Both the position numbers and the translations under genes were made by a program. Of a DNA stretch of 64,000 nt, positions 59,308-64,000 are shown in pieces. The notes under the pieces were generated by a model. That model saw only the letters and a program-made list of their open reading frames with translations. It was not told where the DNA came from and ran no database searches. Every line of letters begins with the position of its first letter. The first letter of the stretch is position 1. The DNA comes from the human T2T-CHM13v2.0 reference genome, Homo sapiens, in NCBI RefSeq assembly GCF_009914755.1, contig NC_060944.1; one strand, given 5' to 3'.

Positions 59308-59761
59308 TCAGAGAGGAGACCATTCCTTATATTGTCTTATACTTAATTTCTTGTTTGCTGAAAAAGTAGAAGTTAGAATTGGCAGAAGTGAAAAATCACA
59401 GACAACTGGGGACCACATTTCAGACCTGGTGTTAAAATTCAACCTCTGACCTCAGGGCTTGTGCTATCTATGGATTCAGACATTGTGTAAAAAAGCATCA
59501 TGAAACTCCCTGTTCCGTTCTGTTTCGTTCTGATCATTGGTGCATGCAGCCCCCAGTCACGTACCCCTTGCTTGCTCAATAGATCACGACCCCCCCCCCC
59601 ACAGCCCCTTTAGAGTTGTGAGCCCTTAAAAGGGACAGGAATCACTTATTCGAGAGCTCGGTTTCTAGGACGTGAGTCTGCCGACGATCCCAGCTGAATA
59701 AAGCTCTTTCCTTCCACAATCCAGTGTCTGAGGAATTTTGTCTATGACTCCTCCTGCTACA
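59308..59761 (+). mobile_element. LTR2-family (HERV-E-type) solo LTR
   Basis: GAGGAGACCA..TATATTGTCTTAT start, CCCTTAAAAGGG TATA region, AATAAA at ~59697, TCCTGCTACA end; TSD GCTG at 59304-59307 and 59762-59765. Confidence 0.8.
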
Positions 59762-60047
59762 GCTGGAGGGAAACTCTCTTCCTTCCTAGCCCCAGTTGTC
59801 TCTTTGTAACTATGATAGTTTGCTGCCGATGGACACGGCAAGTCTGTATGCTGAGATGCTGGGTTGCAGCAAAGAAGGGGTTAATCATAGGGTCACTAAA
59901 GAAGTTGCTGGGAGGGAACCTCAAATCCATCTCCCAGAGGAATCTGGGGCTGGGGTTTGTTGTTGTTGTTGTTTGGTGTCTGTTTGGTGTTTGTTTGTTT
60001 GTTTTTTGAGACAGTCCCACGCTGGAATTCAAGGGCACAATCATAGT

Positions 60048-60825
60048 GAAATGGCAAAGATTTCCTTGTCCCCTTGCAGGGCCTGCGATGGGGACTGGCT
60101 CGCTTCTTTGGGGCCCCGCTGCTCAAACCCCTAGGGGAGCATATAGACGGGCAGGGAGCCCCACGGCAGCTTCTAGGGGTGAATGTTTACAGCTGAACCT
60201 CCAGTGGGCATGTGCTACAGGGCACTCTCTTAGTTTAGCCGTCCGTAGGTGGCTTGTGTTAACCAGCTCAGTTAGGCCTCTGCCTTACCGCAAGGACAGA
60301 GGGCTTTCTGTATCCCAGGGTTCTTGCTGTGCCGGAAGAATCAGATCACACATGGGCTTGGAGAATGAGTGCAAAGTTTGATTGAGTGGAAGTAGCTCTC
60401 GGCAGATGGGGGAGCCAGAAGGGAGATGGCTTTCCCCTGGAATCAGGCCGCTCAGCAGCCGGGGCTCTCCTCCGACCATCCCAACCAAACTCTGCATCGT
60501 TCCACTAGCTGATCGCCTGCCGGAGTCTCAGTGTGCTCTTCTGCCGGCGTGCTCCCCCTGATGGCCTCTCGACGTCCAGCCGCTTGTGTGTTCTGCCAAT
60601 GGGCTCCTCTCCGTGTCCAGGGCTTAGGTGCCTGCCCGCTAGGTCTCAGGGTTTCTATAGGCACCAGATGGGGGCGTGGCAGGGCAGGGTGGTCTTGGGA
60701 AATGCAACATTTGGACATGAAGGCAGGGTGTGTCTATCCTCACCTAGGTCCGTGGGCACAGGCCTGTGCGTGGAGCCCTAGCCAGGGACCATGCCCTCCT
60801 CTAGCCAGCACTTCCCTGCCCACCA
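60048..60825 (-). mobile_element. ERV1 LTR (MER52/LTR27-like) nested within an old Alu
   Basis: Minus-strand GGGCAGGGAAGTGCTGG..GAGGAGGGCATGGTCCCTGGCTAGGGCTCCAC; Alu pieces at ~60000-60047 and ~60826-61008. Confidence 0.6.
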
Positions 60826-61380
60826 CTCCTGCAGCCTTCAACTCCTGGGCTCGCATAATCCTGCTGCCTCAGCCTCCTGAGTAGCTGGGACCACAGTTGT
60901 GCACCACCATGCCCAGCTATGTTTTTAAAATTTTTTTGTGGAGATGGAGCCTCGCTATGTTGTCCAGGCTGGTCTTGCACTCCTGGGTTCAAGCAGTCCT
61001 CCTGCCTTGAGGCTGGGGTTTTCCAGAGTTTTGGAGTGGGCCAAATGTGCAGATGGTTGATTAGTAGAAGGTTGCAGGGTGAAGCCACAGGACAGAGTGA
61101 AGAAGCTGTTCTCATGTGGATCCCATCCCTCCATGAGGGTCTTCAAACTGGTTGCTGGAATTTGGGGTCTGAAAAACATCTTAAGGAATCAACAAAAGCC
61201 TCATGACTGTAATATCAGGGATCGCATCTGTGGGAACACAGTGGTCACGACCGAGGGCAACGTGGTGATGTTTAGCAGCGAGAAAGCGGGCCACCGTGCA
61301 GTCTGATTAATGCTTAATTATAATAATATTTCTGTCCAGAACCCGACATGCAATTCTTGTCAGCCCTGTGGAGACAGTTT

Positions 61381-61928
61381 TGTTACAGGAAAGGGGTCCG
61401 GATCCAGACCCCAAGAGAGGGTTCTTGGATCTCCTGCAAGAAAGAATTCAGGGTGAGTCTGTAAAGTGAAAGCAAGTTCTTAGGAAAGTAAAGGAATCAA
61501 GAATGGCTACTCCATAGTCAGAGTAGCCCTGAGGGCTGCTGGTTGCCCACTTTTTTGGTTATCTCTTGATGATACGCTAAACAAGGGGTGGATTATTCAT
61601 GCCTCCCCTTTTTAGACCATCTAGGGTAACTTCCTGATGTTGCTATGGCATTTGTAAACTGTCCTGGCGCTGGTGGAGAGTGAGGACGTCCAGAGGTCAC
61701 TCTCGTGACCATCCTGGTTTTGGTGGGTTTTTGTCGGCTTCTTTGCCACGACCTGTTTTATCAGCAAGGTCTTTGTGACCTGTATTTTGTGCTGACCTCC
61801 TGTCTCATCCTGCAACTTAAAATGCCTTCACCGTCTGGGAATGCAGCCCGGTGGGTCTCAGCCTCATTTTACCATTTTACCCAGCTCCCGTTCAACACGG
61901 AGCTGCTCTGGTTCACATGCCTCTGACG
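61381..61928 (-). mobile_element. MER41 solo LTR
   Basis: Minus-strand start GTCAGAGGCATGTGAACCAGAGCAGCTCC; TGTTACAGGAAAGGGGTCC other end; TSD GTTT at 61377-61380 and 61929-61932. Confidence 0.8.
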
Positions 61929-63668
61929 GTTTCACCTTCTGCTCAGAGCATTTGGACCTCCACAGGCTCTGACTCAGCCCTCTTATCCCAGGCTGATCCC
62001 ATCCCCGTCTAAAAATCCCACTAACTTCCTTCTGAGAAAGTTGAGAGTCTTGTTTATACTAAAGTGTTAATGACTCACAAAGCATTCCCAGAGGAAAAGT
62101 TAACAGGAGGAGACTGTGAGGCTCTGGTGGTGAAAGGTCAGGCATGAGCCCTGGGGGAGATGTTTTCTTCTCTGGAGGCCCCTCCTGAGACCCCCCATCT
62201 CTGCACAGGAAGACGAACCCTGTGCCCAGCGGGTCCACCTATCTGCCCACGTGGCCCCAACCCCAGGCTTCATGGAGTAGAGCAGGGCTCATTCGTGTGG
62301 CACCCACACGCAGTTTCAGGGCGTGGACTTTCCCGGATGGCTGGGTGGCTTTGGGGGAGGTGTGAGCTGTTGGTGGAGAATGCTGAGCCCGGCCCTGACG
62401 ACGGTCCTCTTTTCCTGCCTTAATAGGCTAGTCCCCATCACTGTGGGGGGCAATTTGGGGATATTCTCCTCCAACTCCTGCTGGTTCTGAATCTTGCAGG
62501 GAGCTGCAAATCCCAGTCACTGTGGGGTCTTGGGGCTTCTAGGAGTCCCTGCTGGGCCCAGGGCTTTTTTCTCACTGACCTGGAGGCCTCTCCCCACGGC
62601 TCCCCATCTGACATCTTCTCAGCTGGGAGACTTAATTGTAAAGACTCACAGGGATCCAGGGGGCATCACAGGGGGCCCTCCTAGGTACTGACAGATGTTT
62701 ATTCATTTTGAAAAATGGGCAAATAGCAAATAAAGATGTTTAGGGTATGTTTGGAAGAAAACAGCAAAATAGTAACAGCAGTGCTTACCGCTCAGCGGGG
62801 AGAAGGCATATGGGTTTTCCCAGCTTTTATTTGGAAATCATTGTAGATGCAGAATTGCAAAGAAGCCTAGAGGTGTCCATGCACCCTGCCCCACCCCACG
62901 GTATCATCCTGCAAAGCTGCAGGGCAACTGCCAAATCCAGACACACACGCCCCGGTGCCCACAGGGATGGCTCAGACATCGAACTTCGCTTTCTTTATAC
63001 TCCCAGTATTCCCGACACTTCTGGAATAGGCACATGACCATTATTTTTAGCTCCTTATTTCTTTTTATTTAATTAAATAAGCAACATATGGATAGTCCTT
63101 GTTTTGAGAATTTTGGGCCGGCCGCACACGGCAAAGCAGCTGAGCGCCCCTCAGCAGCTCCCCGCACAGTTACGCACTGGGATGGCACTGCGATGCGTGT
63201 GGAGAAACACCTGCTGGGTTTGGAGGTGCACAGGACCTCGGGGCGATCCCACCGGAGGAGCGGGGCTCGGCTTATGGCCCAGCTAACCCCAACTCCCCAG
63301 TGGGCCCCAGGGCCTTTCCTTCCACTTCCAGGAGTGACACCAACCTTGTCTCCTCTCCGAGCCCCAAGCAGTGGGAAGAGAGGGTCCCATAACAGGCCAT
63401 GGCAGCGGCCTCTGCTGCCTGCCCACCTCAGAGGGTCCCCAGCTTGAGAGTTCAGAGCAAACCTGGGTGCTGCATGTGTCTCTCCCCTGGAAGAAGCAGG
63501 CTGGAGACAGTGGCCCCTCTTCCCACCTCCCCGGTGCACTGCGGGCAGACTGGGAACCAGGCAGCAAATCCACCCAGCTTGAGGCCCACGTCCTCCTGAA
63601 AGGGCCCCAGGCCCACACCCGGGGTTTTGCTGAAGTGACCAAAGGTAACCGCTGTGCTGAGGGGGCGG

Positions 63669-64000
63669 TGGAGGACAGGGAGGGGGCGAAGGCGAGGTGG
63701 GCGCTGGAGGACGTGGGGGTGAAGGCGAGGTGGTCGCTGGAGGACAGGGAGGGGGCGAAGGTGTGGTGGACGCTGGAGGACAGAGAGGCGGCAAAGGCGA
63801 GGTGGGCGCTGGAGGACAGAGAGGGGGCGAAGGCGAGGTGGGCACTGGAGGACAGAGAGGGGGCGAAGGCGAGGTGGGCGCTGGAGGACAGAGAGGGGGC
63901 GAAGGCGAGGTGGGCGCTGGAGGACAGAGAGGGGGCGAAGGCGAGGTGGGCGCTGGAGGACAGAGAGGGGGCGAAGGCGAGGTGGGCGCTGGAGGACAGA
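63669..64000. repeat. 36-bp G-rich VNTR, runs off the window edge
   Basis: GGAGGACAGAGAGGGGGCGAAGGCGAGGTGGGCGCT. Confidence 0.95.

Overview
Mammalian (human-like, Alu-rich, GC-rich) genomic DNA. I recognise it as the 20q13.33 MIR124-3/YTHDF1 locus. It holds the MIR124-3 hairpin (+, 7806-7892) in a large CpG island flanked by two RE1/REST sites. It also holds the complete five-exon YTHDF1 gene (- strand, ~24740-45500), whose spliced CDS I assembled from GT-AG boundaries to 559 aa with the YTH m6A-reader domain in exon 4. The rest is Alus, ERV1/MaLR solo LTRs (several with readable target-site duplications), Tigger3, MER20, MIR and many minisatellites. Apart from YTHDF1 exons, the ORF track is repeat or CpG-island noise. 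I found no new gene system. The best leads are: a ~440-bp direct duplication bracketing the YTHDF1 last exon; a phase-0, stop-free 1521-nt exon 4 with inverted flanking Alus (a potential circRNA with an endless ORF); a spliced overlapping uORF 7 nt before the YTHDF1 AUG; a candidate promoter/splice/poly(A) architecture for the miR-124-3 host transcript; and structured VNTRs. Repeat subfamily names and repeat edges were assigned by eye and are approximate.
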